A stretch of DNA of 63,982 bases, counting the filler, from Lenisia limosa (lineage: Eukaryota; Protista; Breviatea), in assembly GCA_001655205.1 (NCBI GenBank). It is 18 parts of 18 records of this genome, joined end to end, with 100 filler letters (N's around TTAATTAATTAA, not from the genome) between each part and the next. Parts side by side here need not be neighbours in the genome. Positions count along the whole stretch, not along the records: positions 51,084 to 53,293 come from LPNZ01005381.1; positions 53,394 to 54,450 come from LPNZ01002443.1; positions 54,551 to 56,238 come from LPNZ01002368.1; positions 56,339 to 57,560 come from LPNZ01001153.1; positions 57,661 to 60,946 come from LPNZ01007025.1; positions 61,047 to 62,362 come from LPNZ01000559.1; positions 62,463 to 63,982 come from LPNZ01002680.1; 11 more parts are not named here. One strand, 5' to 3'. Below are positions 51,440-63,790 of the stretch, one piece after another. Position 1 is the first letter of the stretch; each line of letters begins with the position of its first letter. A model generated the notes under the pieces. It was not told the origin of the DNA. It searched no databases and saw only the letters and a list, made by a program, of their open reading frames with translations. A program made the position numbers and the translations under genes.

Positions 51440-53145
51440 CTTACCACCAATAAGGGACGAACTCCTTGAGTGTCGTAGACCAGACCCCTGAGCTGACCCT
51501 GGAAATAAAATGACTTTTCAAATCATTGGGGAAAATCCCCAACTCCTTATCAGAATGAACCCTAAACCCCTGTAACCCCTACGTCCCCGAAANNNNNNNN
51601 NNNNNNNNNNNNNNNNNNNNNNNNNNNNNNNNNNNNNNNNNNNNNNNNNNNNNNNNNNNNNNNNNNNNNNNNNNNNNNNNNNNNNNNNNNNNNNNNNNNN
51701 NNNNNNNNNNNNNNNNNNNNNNNNNNNNNNNNNNNNNNNNNNNNNNNNNNNNNNNNNNNNNNNNNNNNNNNNNNNNNNNNNNNNNNNNNNNNNNNNNNNN
51801 NNNNNNNNNNNNNNNNNNNNNNNNNNNNNNNNNNNNNNNNNNNNNNNNNNNNNNNNNNNNNNNNNNNNNTTTGAAAGTAACTCAAATAAAGCCCGGAGGG
51901 AGGGGGGTCAATTATAGAAGTTGGATCAATATCATTATAAATACCATCATATGAAAAAAATAAATATAAATAATAGTATATCGATATATAAAAATATATA
52001 TAATTATATATATATATCATCAGATACTACATGACATGATATATAGAGTCATAGTTAGTGAACGCCCACCGCTCCGTCAACAATTTTCATGAAGAAAGAC
52101 ACGCCCCTCGGAGTGTCCATCACAACAGTGGATTGCAGGGGAACGTTGTACTGCGAATAAGTTAGTTCTCGTGTAGATACATGTGATTAAATGTGTTCAT
52201 CAGTGATTTGTTCCCCCACTGGTATTTGAACAAGGGACTATTATGCGCAAGAAAATAAAACTTGGATGTCCATCTGCCCAATGTTCCTTTTGTAAATCTT
52301 TGCACTCATACCCACCAACAATCTTATGTCTGTCGTAGTCAGCAATATGGATGTAAGTGAAAGCGGCTTCGTTATCGTCTGCAGAACATATCACTGCAAT
52401 ATTGTGGATGGGGTCAACCTGGGGAATGAAAAAGCAATATTGTGGACGTGGTCAACCTGGAGAATGAACAAGAAACATATGATAATGAACAAGGGAAAAA
52501 TTATTCACATCATTTACTCATGAGCAAGGGACAAGTTGTTATAATATTTACCTATCATCGCAATATTCGAATATTTGGTTACACTATCATATCACGTAGA
52601 CATGAGAATATAACCGAGTAACTAAAAGAGAGAAGTCTCCGACCGGGTTCATCAAAGACAGCTCACCACATGGTTTTGAACAGTGGGAAGGCCGGGGCAG
52701 AATCCAACATTATGTCCAGCTGGAATCACATCGGAAAGACTGAAGCGCGTTACATTGATGGGTAGATTTCACCCTCCCCCTTAAAATCCAAATATGAGGC
52801 TATAAATATAATACAATTGATTAATTATGGACATAATTGACAAATAAGAAGAGGGAGATGGGAGATGGTATAGTGACAGTCAAAGGAAAGCCACCTAATT
52901 TCCTCCAAGAAAATAAAAGTAGATAACCTCTAAATCGTTTCTTTAGGAATTCGGATTTATTACTGTGAAATATCGATATACTCATATACAAGATACTATT
53001 ATGAAAATCCCCAATATTAGAAACGAAAACCGTGTTTTTGTGTGCAAAAGAAAAGTCCTATCACAACCCCGAACAGTTTATGGCGGACAATGGGATTCGG
53101 GCGAGTCATGTCAAGAGTGAGCATCGTGGCGAATTCCTATAAGGT
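51440..53145 (-). CDS. Hypothetical protein, multi-exon fragment
   Basis: EFATMLTLDMTRPNPIVRHKL|LSDVIPAGHNVGFCPGLPTVQNHV, DNEAAFTYIHIADYDRHKI and YNVPLQSTVVMDTPRGVSFFMKIVDGA, with GT-AG boundaries. Confidence 0.55.
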
Positions 53146-53564
53146 GAGTGCTGGGGAGGCACGCAGAAAGCTGTGCGCAGAGTTGTCAGGCAAATGATTG
53201 GGTGAATTAATATTAATACTATAATTCAATATCTCTTAAAAGTGTGTAGAGAGACAACTGGAACTCCCCCCCCCCTCTCTCTCCAACTTTCTTNNNNNNN
53301 NNNNNNNNNNNNNNNNNNNNNNNNNNNNNNNNNNNNNTTAATTAATTAANNNNNNNNNNNNNNNNNNNNNNNNNNNNNNNNNNNNNNNNNNNNCGTCCAC
53401 CATCACGCGTATACGAGACATTAGACCCCCCTATACCCCCAGGGCTTCACTTAGGTTCAAAAAAGATCAGTAAAATACCGACAAATTTCGAGGATTTATC
53501 GAGAAATTCAGTCTTTTTTCGAAACGTGGTGAAGACATATTAATACCCCCTATCCACCTCTTAC

Positions 53565-54053
53565 CTGCTCCAAGCCAGCGACAGTTGAGGATTCGTCTTC
53601 GTCATGCACTCCTACGTATTCCGGTTTCTGGGGGGTAAAACGAAGGAAATTTCAATGAAGAATATTGGCGTAAAGGGACTTATCACGAACCGAATAATCT
53701 GAAACTCCAAACAAAACAAAAAAACAAAAAACTAAATAAGGGGGTAAACGTGGAAAAACTATGTTATAATAATGGAAGATTAAAAAACCAAAATCAAAGC
53801 TGGTTTAATAGAATTTCGATGAAGAATATTGCCATGATTCTAATTACGCACGAAAAATCTGGGTGGAGTTGGCGTAGGGGTCGAAAGAAATATCGATGAA
53901 GAATTGGCGTAAAGGTCCTTATCTGATACTCTTAACACAAAACAAATAGTGAGAGAAAGTCAGCCAAGATCTAACCCCCCACCTTGAGAGAAAGTCGGGC
54001 AAGATCGCGAACGTTCTGAGTTTGAGTGGCGGAGAAAAGAAGGGCCTGGCGCT
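53565..54053 (-). CDS. DDX18: DEAD-box RNA helicase (HAS1/DDX18-like), two internal exons
   Basis: RQALLFSATQTQNVRDLARLSLK (motif III SAT) | KPEYVGVHDEDESSTVAGLEQ. TVxGLEQ favours HAS1/DDX18 over DBP4/DDX10. Confidence 0.8.
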
Positions 54054-54550
54054 CTAATATCGTAAATGAAAGTAAATTTTTTTACTATAGCAATGAGAAA
54101 TAAAAAATTAGTGTGTATCTGGCCGAAGCCATCCACTCCATCACGCTTATAAGAGATTATAGTATTAGAATCCTGTATGAGTTTAATTTTACCCTGGCAA
54201 ATGAATGAAAATATGATACACAATGACCGTGATAAGTCTTGCTTCCTTGGGGAAATCACATAGCAAATCGGTCAAGACTTATCCCGGTCAATGTACAAAA
54301 TATGAAAAAAATGAATATGATAAAAAATGACGTTCCAAAATTCCCATGTGTACAGCTCATATAGCTATATCATGTGATATCATAAAACAACTCTGTTTAT
54401 TGTTTCATTTTCATATCAACGCCACTTCTTCACTCTTACCCCCCCCCCCCNNNNNNNNNNNNNNNNNNNNNNNNNNNNNNNNNNNNNNNNNNNNTTAATT
54501 AATTAANNNNNNNNNNNNNNNNNNNNNNNNNNNNNNNNNNNNNNNNNNNN

Positions 54551-55700
54551 CCTTCACCAAGCTCATCCGCTTCTGAAAGACACATGCCTTTCATAACATC
54601 GTAGGGAAACGCGTCAAATTTGTAGACACTTTGTGATACGTAATACTCCGACGCAGCAAAGGCAATCTTGGGGGGTCACTCAATTTGTTTAGGTTTCCAT
54701 ATAATATATACCAAAGTGAAAAGGTACCCCTAGCTATTATTTATTATAATTTTTTGAAGAAAACAATTGTCAAAATTTGAAATTAAAGTGACTGAATGAG
54801 GTTTTCGTTACCCCCTTGAAATATTGATATTAATTTTTCAATTAAATGCATGGAGCCCTGATTCTTGGTCTTCAACTACGAGAAAGATGTAAAAATAAGG
54901 GGGAGGGGGAGGAAGCCTCGTCAATCTTTACATTAGAGCTTCTGTAGTAATGTTTAAAATGTATTCTTTTGTATATCAAGATTTGTATTTGGTATTTTTA
55001 TTGTTGCCTTGGTCTCAAAAAAACAAAAAACCAATTTAGCTCCCAGATTAATCAGAGAAAAAGTGGTGTTGGAAGGTCTTCTCAAATGGGAACTGGTTTA
55101 CTTAGTAAGGAAGGTTTTTAGAAGTACAGCTCAGGCTTCCCTACGGTACCAAAAAGACTGAAGTTTTCAATAGATCTTATAGATATTTTACCGGTCTTTT
55201 TCGGACCATAGGAAACCCCGAAGTACAGCTCAAAAAGCACAGATTGAAAGGAAAAAGACCTCAACGCTTAAGTTTATATTATTGTAATTAGATAGTAGTA
55301 GCATCTTATTAGGGACCCCCCCCCCTCCAACGGTCACCGCATGGTACTCTCTTGTTGCTGATAGCGAGAGGGTGGCAACATAGGGTTCAACGTTATCAAG
55401 CTCGGTCAAAGTTAGTAACAGGGTCAGTAGCATCAGAAGGACGACTATACTCAGTGCACACGCAAACCTGCGGTGATTACATAATTACATTCGCGGTGTA
55501 TCAGATTAAAATAACTATCAGATACAATTAACCATGTAGTGAATGTTACAAAATAACAATAACAATAACAATAACAAAAAGAAAAATCATTTGAATCAAA
55601 ATAAAAAGAATGAACAGAATGAACAGATATTCATATATGTCCCTCCAACATGCCACATTGGCGAATGCTCATCGACTTCGGACGAATTACCTAGAAAGTT
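54551..55700 (-). CDS. Hypothetical protein, multi-exon fragment
   Basis: Exons NSSEVDEHSPMWH, LDNVEPYVATLSLSATREYHA and IAFAASEYYVSQSVYKFDAFPYDVMKGMCLSEADELGE. Confidence 0.5.
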
Positions 55701-55769
55701 AAACGGGGTTCAGTTCATGAGGTCTCTCTCAATGTTTTAATTTTGATGTTTGAATCCTTTGATTATATT

Positions 55770-55886
55770 TAGGGCTTCGTGCAATTAAGTAAAAAACTAA
55801 TTGAAAATTGGAAACTCAATTTCTGACACTTTAGTTTCAAATTTTGTCAATTAATTTCTTCAAAAAATTAATTGCACGGAGCCCGA
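55770..55886. mobile_element. MITE family B (TAGGGCTCCGTGCAATTAATT...AATTAATTGCACGGAGCCCTA); representative copy
   Basis: TIRs and a 6/8 TSD (ATTATATT/ATGACATT). Other copies at about 7262, 27299, 54768, 56465, 57397 and 59921. Confidence 0.85.
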
Positions 55887-56094
55887 ATGACATTGTATTG
55901 CATGTACTCCCAAAAATGGGTTGAGAAAACATCTATGTAATTTTCCCCCAAGTATAATGATTTATACCCAAAAAAAATAAAAACACACAGAGCAAACCGT
56001 GATTTTGCTCCAATCGTGTAGACGTTTTTTGGACTTGGGCTGAACCTCAAATTCATCTTCAGCTAAACAGTCAGAGACCATGGGGGTGATATAA

Positions 56095-56215
56095 AGATGT
56101 ATCTAACCAAAGCTGTCCACAATGTCACTCGTATAAGAGATAGGATCATAGCATAGTATTAAATTACCCAATCATTAGCCTTAGCAACTCTGAGCACACA
56201 GCTGCGTGCTGATCT
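56095..56215 (-). repeat. Dispersed repeat family F (~130 bp; ...GCACGCAG...AATGATTGGG...ATCTCTTATAAGCGTGATGGTGTGGACGGCTTCGGCCAGATAC)
   Basis: Segments at about 6345, 34450, 42245, 49000, 53150, 54115, 57740, 58075 and 63285. Confidence 0.7.
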
Positions 56216-56728
56216 CTTATATATTTTTACAAAATATANNNNNNNNNNNNNNNNNNNNNNNNNNNNNNNNNNNNNNNNNNNNTTAATTAATTAANNNNNN
56301 NNNNNNNNNNNNNNNNNNNNNNNNNNNNNNNNNNNNNNAAAATGAAAAAATTTATGAAACAAAAAAGATCCCAAAATAACTGTTAATATGAGAGAAGAGT
56401 GGTCAAGATTTAATGATTCTTGTTCTTGATAATCATAATCTAACAGTATATCCAATAATTAGTACCCCGTGCAATTGATTGACAAAAGTAAAAATTAAAG
56501 TGTCTGAAATAGGGTTCTCGTTACACTACGTCCCACTTCAAATTTTGGGTGAAATTACTTTTTCAATTAATTGCACGGAACCCTACTAATCAAATATGAT
56601 ATGATATGGTATGTTTTAAAAAGAATTTTCCAATAATAGGATGAAAAGAAAAACTTTTCAAAATTAATAGAAAAAATATGAATAATAATAATAATTCCTA
56701 GATTTTAACAAATGCAAAACAAGCTCAC

Positions 56729-57285
56729 CTCCCCGCCTTTTCATCGAAATAGGCCTTATTGACTTCTCCAAGACAAGCTTGTTTATTCTGGAGGGGAGAG
56801 AGAGGTAAAAATGGGAAAGTTATGAAACAAAAAAAAAAAAATCTTGGAAACGAAAACAAAACAAAGGAATAAAAAACCGCGATTGACACATCACCCACCT
56901 TCGGCTTGAACAGTCCAGAGAACCATCCGCCTCCCTCCTGTTTCTCCTGGAATGTAAAAAAATGCCCATATTACACTCATACACTATCATATTATATTTC
57001 TCCCGGAATGTAAAAAGATGCCATATTACACATATCAGATGCATCAGATAGTACTATTATATCATATCATATTAAATGTTGGGCTTCCCTACGGTCCGAA
57101 AAAGACAGGTAATTCAGTCTATTTTGGTACCGCAGGGAAGCCCTAATTATTAATCTCCTGAAAAGAAAAACCCACCTCCTCCTTGGCAGCAGCTGGTGGT
57201 GCGCTCACGGGTATTTTTGACCCTCTAATTTGGTCGGAAAGGCTAGGACCGTCGTCGTCGAATAGACTACTGGGTTCCTCGGTCT
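56729..57285 (-). CDS. SEC16: Sec16-like COPII scaffold, C-terminal fragment
   Basis: EKQEGGGWFSGLFKPK|NKQACLGEVNKAYFDEKAGR matches the Sec16 C-terminal pattern GGWFgw...AkLGEen.fYyD....rW. Confidence 0.7.
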
Positions 57286-58354
57286 AAAATACGTGAATGA
57301 TTGATCTCCTCTTCATTCATTGGGAAATAAATATCTTTCTCAATAATTTCGACTGTAACTCACCAGACAATCATTACTACCCCTAAAAACCCTACATAGG
57401 GCTCCGTGCAATTAATTTTTAAGGAAGTTAATTGACGTTATAATATGTCTGACTTCAAATTTTAAAATTAATGTATCAATGAATTTCACTGAGCAACCTA
57501 CCTGTTCGACTTCAACTTGAGATGGGGAAGGGGCAGAGTGTGGTGCGAGGGGTGATGATGNNNNNNNNNNNNNNNNNNNNNNNNNNNNNNNNNNNNNNNN
57601 NNNNTTAATTAATTAANNNNNNNNNNNNNNNNNNNNNNNNNNNNNNNNNNNNNNNNNNNNAATAAATCCCAACAATTAACAAGTCAGCTGCCCCACTCCC
57701 ACTCCCTATGTAATATAGCAACGAGATATAAAAAAACAAGGTTGTATCTGGACGAAGCTGTCCACACCATCATGAATCTAAGAGATATTGAATTATAGTA
57801 TGTTTTACGAATATTGACTCTCATTGGATTCTGTCAAACCTTCTCTGATTTTTTGAAGGGAGGCTAATACAAATCCCCCCACGCACCTTCCTGATCTGCT
57901 CTCCGGCTTGGATACTCAGCTCCTGTGCCACACTAATGGATGATTTTTGCTTTGGTTGGTGTTGAGAAAGGAGGAAATGAAAAACGACTAAGCTGATGTG
58001 AACTATAAAAAAACGTGTGCCCCAAAGCGATCGTCTGTACGGTTGAACAATATAATATATTGAATTATAGTATAATATTAATTCACCCAATCATTTGCCT
58101 GACAACACTGTGCATTCAGCTTTCTGCGTGACTCCCCAGCATACCCTAATAAAGAAACTATATCCCCACTTTATCAAGTTTTGGGCTTATATTGGCTCCC
58201 CACCCTACAAAACGAAAAAACAATTTTTGTGCATCTTCTCCACTTACAAAACATTAATGGTTCACTTCCGGTTCCCGTTCCGGTTAACCGGAACTGACAA
58301 CCGGAACGGGAAATGGACCTTTAAAAAACAAAGACTATTTATCACAAAAAAAAA

Positions 58355-60746
58355 CTATTTAACCACTCTCCCCCACGTTATCAACTGCTTTGGGCTTATT
58401 TTGGCATCCTGAGGAGAAGTGTCGGTCCAAAGTCCTGCTGGCGGTACCCTGCCAGTTCGCAGCTGCTGCCACTGCCAATGGTGAGGAAGTACAAGGGGTG
58501 AAAGAGGGCTTCGGTTCAAAAAAAGACTGAATTGCACGATAAAACTTCGAAAACTATCAATATTTTACCGCCATTTTTCGAACCGAAGTGGTGTAAGCGT
58601 ATAGGATATGAAGAACAAAATAGAGAGGGGGGGGGGGGGCAGGNNNNNNNNNNNNNNNNNNNNNNNNNNNNNNNNNNNNNNNNNNNNNNNNNNNNNNNNN
58701 NNNNNNNNNNNNNNNNNNNNNGAAAGGGTTGATAACAACAAAACCAACAAAGCCCAGGCCAGTCTGACTTGATGGTTGGGAAAGATGTTGTTGTTTTTTA
58801 GTTTTTTATCTGAATTAACAGCGTGTTAAAATTGTTTTTAGAAAATCAAAGCCCTTTGCCACTCCGAGTCTGGGCGGGACTTCTTGACAGCCCCAATAAT
58901 TCAAAATGGAGTAGCGCCCCTGCAGCTGTGAGCTGACTTTGTTTCTTCCGTATAAATATTTTTCCAAATGTGCAATGTTATTCAACCTGGTTACTAGATT
59001 CTGCTCGCCAATTTGCCATTGATGAACAGATGATTGCAACCAAGTCAAAGTACGTCAGTTAAGTATGTTTTTATTGTACAATGACTTCTAGGACTATGTG
59101 TAGATAGTAATTCACAAGGAGCTTTTGAACACAATCCTCTGGCTTAAGAAGAAAGGACTATTAAACTTACAGCCGAGTTGATTGATGCCCAAGCAGAGGT
59201 GGGTACGGAAGTGGATATTTTTTTATGTCATTGTTTGATCTAATGAGGTTTAAGACACAATTAGTTTAATGACAGTTTTATGATCAATAGAAGCAATACA
59301 AAAAAAGAGAGAGAAGTAACCCCCCCCCCNNNNNNNNNNNNNNNNNNNNNNNNNNNNNNNNNNNNNNNNNNNNNNNNNNNNNNNNNNNNNNNNNNNNNNN
59401 NNNNNNNNNNNNNNNNNTGTAGTAGCCCTCCTTGCTGAAAACGTTGGCTCCCTTGCCTTCGGCTGTCTACCCAATAAATTAGCTCGGAATCTCAGGGACA
59501 GTTTAACAAGAAAAACTTTCGATAAATACTTGACAAACATTATAACAATTTAAGATGCACCTATGATCTGGCTAGATATATCATCAAGCAAGTGTTTCGC
59601 TTCTTAAGATTAAACTCTGAGTTCACACCCAGTCATAAATACGCACGCACCCTCCCCCCATCATTCATAAATCTATAATCAACTCCCTGACCCCTTCTGG
59701 TAACCCAAAATAGGGCTCCACTTCGGTTCGTAAAATGCCACCAAAATATCGATAGTTTTCGAGGGTTCATCGGGCTTTTTTTTAACCGAAGTAAAGCCTA
59801 CCCATAACCTACACTAACCTTATAGTTCTTGAACCAGTCTTTCAGATACTCCAGCGTTTCAGAGGGAACGCCTTCGATGTCTATAAAGATAAGGGGGAAT
59901 TGGATAATAAAGCACGTCACTAGGCTCCGTGCAATTAATTGACAAATTTATTACAAAATTTGAAGTGTGACATATTGTCTTGGGGACTCCATTTCAGATA
60001 CTTTAATTTCAAATTTTGTCAATCAATTTCTTTAGAAAATTAATTGCATTGAACCCCAATAATCACTATAATCCAACTCACCTTTGACATTGCCGAGCTC
60101 GGGATCGTCCACATGCACAGTGACAAGTTTCCAGTCCATCTCTCCCTGGTCTATCAACCCCAAGGCGCCAAGCACGCGAACCGCGCGCACATCGCCGGTC
60201 TGCGGGGGGGTGGGTTAAGGTATAAGTAGGGCTTCACTTTGGTTTGAAAAAGACCGGTACAATATCGATAGTTTTCGAGGATTTATCGAAAAATTCGGTC
60301 TTTTTCCGAACAGAAGTGAAGCTCAAACCGCATTCCATTACTGGGTGGTTAATTACTAATTAGTGGTCTGCGGACCTCCTGTTCTATCTCAAAATAATAA
60401 CAGAAAAGTTTTTCAGAAGTTTTTCCCCCTCTTCACCTCATGATATCAGATGTTACCCCCCCTCCCCCACTACCATAAAAATACCCGCTTACAAAGGGAA
60501 TGGTGGTAGATATGTCGACAACGTCAAGAGGGTCATTGTCACCTTGGTGGCCTGATGGTTGTGACAGAAGCAATGTCATAGAAATGATATGACAGAAATG
60601 ATATGACAGAATATGACAGAAATAATGTGATTTATACCTCAATTACACTCCCCACACACTCACCTGAAGCTGACCGCACAAAAGGGCTATCCCAAGTCTG
60701 AGGAGCCGCACCATAGGAAAACTGTGGCACGCCGTACTTATAGTAT
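58355..60746 (-). CDS. Soluble inorganic pyrophosphatase (family I, eukaryotic type), 5'-truncated
   Basis: YGAAPQTWD, GDNDPLDVVDI, VRVLGALGLIDQGEMDWK and WFKNYKTAEGK across in-phase introns. The exact C-terminus is uncertain because of gaps. Confidence 0.93.
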
Positions 60747-61074
60747 CTATTGGATTGTTACGAGGAAAATGTACGGACAGGTGTATCTCATTGAAGCCAT
60801 TCATATCATCACGTTTATATTTTATGGAATTATCAAGGATATATGCGTATATTATCGAGGATTTATCGAGGATTTATCGAGGGTTTATCGAGGATTTATC
60901 CAGGATTTTCACAACTTTACTAATATCCATTGGCATAAGTCATAACNNNNNNNNNNNNNNNNNNNNNNNNNNNNNNNNNNNNNNNNNNNNTTAATTAATT
61001 AANNNNNNNNNNNNNNNNNNNNNNNNNNNNNNNNNNNNNNNNNNNNCAGTTCTAGCTTCTCACGAATTAGGTCA

Positions 61075-62362
61075 GTGACGGACGCGAGACTGGCGGCACA
61101 GCAAGAGATAGCCGAAGTGTCACGACTCGCTGCTTCCAAGACGGAGGCGCGCGTCAATGACGAGTGGAGTGCCAGACTCGACACCCTCAAGACAGTGGGG
61201 GGGGGGGGCTAATTGCTGGACAAAAGAGATCTCGGTAGACTTCCCATGCCACCATTTAAGTCTCGCTTCTCGTTTAGCCTTCTCACAATTTAGGCCCACA
61301 ACCAAGCAATGGAACAGATCGCGGTAAGGGCAGGAAATCTTTTTTTACTGCCTTTTCCATGCATTTGCACCGCTCTCACCCTTCAGTCTATTGAAGAATC
61401 CAAGAGACAAATGAAGGACGAATTCGAGCAGAAAATCATGGAACTCCGGGTAGGACTCTTCACCGAATTCTTCTTTGACCTTATCAGGCTGGCCTGCTCC
61501 ATGAGCACTCTGAGACCTGTTCTGAGAAGGTATCGGAAGCGAGGGCGGAAGCGCAGAAGATCATTGACTCGCAGGCCAGAGAAGCTCAGGACAAGGTTGG
61601 TTTTGGGAAATGCCAACTAAAATGCCGAGTCCTGGTGACCCCGTAGATTGTTGAACTGGAGTCCGAACTTGCTGTTGTCCGCGAAAGAGAGGCAAACGCG
61701 TTAGCCGACTCAACCCAGGCCGTCGAAGCTGGTTCGAAATATGCCTCTTTAGCTTTTCGTCAATCGAATGCAACTTACACCCCAGGACGCAAATCACTTG
61801 AAGCCCAACTTCGTGCAGACTTCCTTGAAATGCAGAAGAAGGCGGAAGAACAGTTCAGAGCGGAAATGGAACAAGAGCTTCTCAATGCAAGAAAGTGGGA
61901 TATCCTTTGACCGGACGAGCGCTGACCCCCCAGGGAGCTGGCAGAGTTCCGCATGACGTCCCAAGCTGACTTGGCCCGGACATCCCGGAAGGCGGAGGAG
62001 GAAATGGCAGCTCTCTGGCAGGACAAACTCAAGGAGGCTCAGGAGGTGAGGAGGGGGGAATCCTTATTTTTCAGTAGGTGGAAACCATTCTATAGGCACT
62101 ATTCTCCCTGGGTTTCGGGCACCTACAACGCTCCAAAAAACACTCATCGTTGTTTTTTTGCTGAAACATATTGGCATAATATTCCATCTTTTTCTTCTTC
62201 TTCTTGGTATTATTATTGATGTTTTTTTTTACAATAATTTTGGACTTACCCTCCCCCCCAGGCCCTTCTCAACTTACCCTCCCCCCCAGGCCCTTCTCAA
62301 ACAAGAAGACGAATGGAGGGCCAAACTCGAAGAGGCCCGACAAGTCCGCGTCTCTATTGAGG
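61075..62362 (+). CDS. Long coiled-coil protein, internal fragment
   Basis: About 9 in-phase exons rich in E/K/A/R/Q (e.g. SIEESKRQMKDEFEQKIMELR, KVSEARAEAQKIIDSQAREAQDK, ALLKQEDEWRAKLEEARQ). Confidence 0.8.
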
Positions 62363-62826
62363 NNNNNNNNNNNNNNNNNNNNNNNNNNNNNNNNNNNNNN
62401 NNNNNNTTAATTAATTAANNNNNNNNNNNNNNNNNNNNNNNNNNNNNNNNNNNNNNNNNNNNCTTCGGCTTCATTTTTCCAATATCCCCCACCTTTTTTT
62501 TAATTCAACCTAGGGCTGCGACCCGCTTCTGGCGTATCATATGTCTCAGACTCCATTTCAAGGGTATGTACATATGAACTATTGAATATCATCAAAATCA
62601 GACGTTAATCAAAAATCTACATATAATATACTGTATATCTACATGTATTCACCTTTTTTTTTGGCTCAATCCTACCCCCATCCCCTCGAAGAAAAATTAT
62701 GTATACACAGCACTTTGACTCAACTCCCCCTTTTTCTACGTTTTATTTATACGTTTTATTTATACGTTTTATGAAAAACAGTGTTTAAATTTCCCAAACA
62801 TTAAAGCAAAATAAATCGTATAAAGA

Positions 62827-63790
62827 CGTTAGAAGTGCCGAGTTAGATCTGCTTGACAGATGTTCAACACAGCTTTGCCAACAGTCAGAGGTTCACTGAC
62901 AACTTCATTCAGTCTTTTCAATGTAATATCGAAAAATACGGAAAAATTGTTTACCGTATATATCGATATATACATAATATATATTTACAATTGCTCTCGG
63001 ACCCCCCACCCCCCTCTATATATACATGATAAATATTTGAAGTTGCCTTCTGACCTACCCTACCTAGCCAAAAAAGCGTATATAGCTATATGTTCTATAT
63101 ATATAATATATTTGTATGATATATAATTATATATATATGTGACATCATTATAATTATCACCCATATCTGGATTCACTCATATAGCCACGAACCCGAGACA
63201 GTTCACCTGCACAGTCTAAAACGGTTGGAATTCTTTAAACATCTCTATTCTACTTGATACCATAATCCAAAATATATTATTAGCGTGGTGTGGACGGTTT
63301 CTGTCAGATATAACCATATTGTCTCTCTTCTGAATATTTAACATTTATATTTTGATTCTTTATCAAGACAAAATCCTCTATACATAGCAATGAGATCTTT
63401 TAAGCCTAATGTGATTTTCCCTTCTGCTTCTAACCGAAGTGAAACTCTCATCCAGCCATGTCACGGTCCTAGGTTACTTCGACTGGTTTTCTCCCGCCAA
63501 TAGCCACCAAAATTGAGCGTCCCATTTCGGGCAGTGTACGCCCTGCTTCTGCTCAAACTCCGACGGTACCCTCTGAGAAAAAGTGGGGAGTATGGGAGCT
63601 ATAAAAAAACTTTACAGTGACGGGGATAAGTCTTGACCGATTTGCTATTATTGACCACAGAAAATCGGTCACTCCGATATAAAAACTGTTATAAATATAA
63701 ATAACGGTGTTTATATACATACCATCTCCGTATATGACAATTCAGACAACGCAGAGCGTCGGAGTCATTGATCCTACCACCAATCTCGAC
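62827..63790 (-). CDS. 3' end of a gene, possibly a Sec63/Brl-type domain
   Basis: RVPSEFEQKQGVHCPKWDAQFWWLLAGENQSK resembles the Sec63-domain VhaP.fp...e.WWlv.Gd motif. Last exon RLNEVVSEPLTVGKAVLNICQADLTRHF*. Confidence 0.4.

Noticed and set aside
57880-57940. Minus-strand exon VAQELSIQAGEQIRK resembling an inositol monophosphatase N-terminus
   Set aside because: Only 15 aa, and neighbouring exons did not yield IMPase motifs.
5664-62418. Regularly recurring TTAATTAATTAA as a biological repeat or CRISPR-like array
   Set aside because: Always centred in 44+44 N; an assembly concatenation linker.
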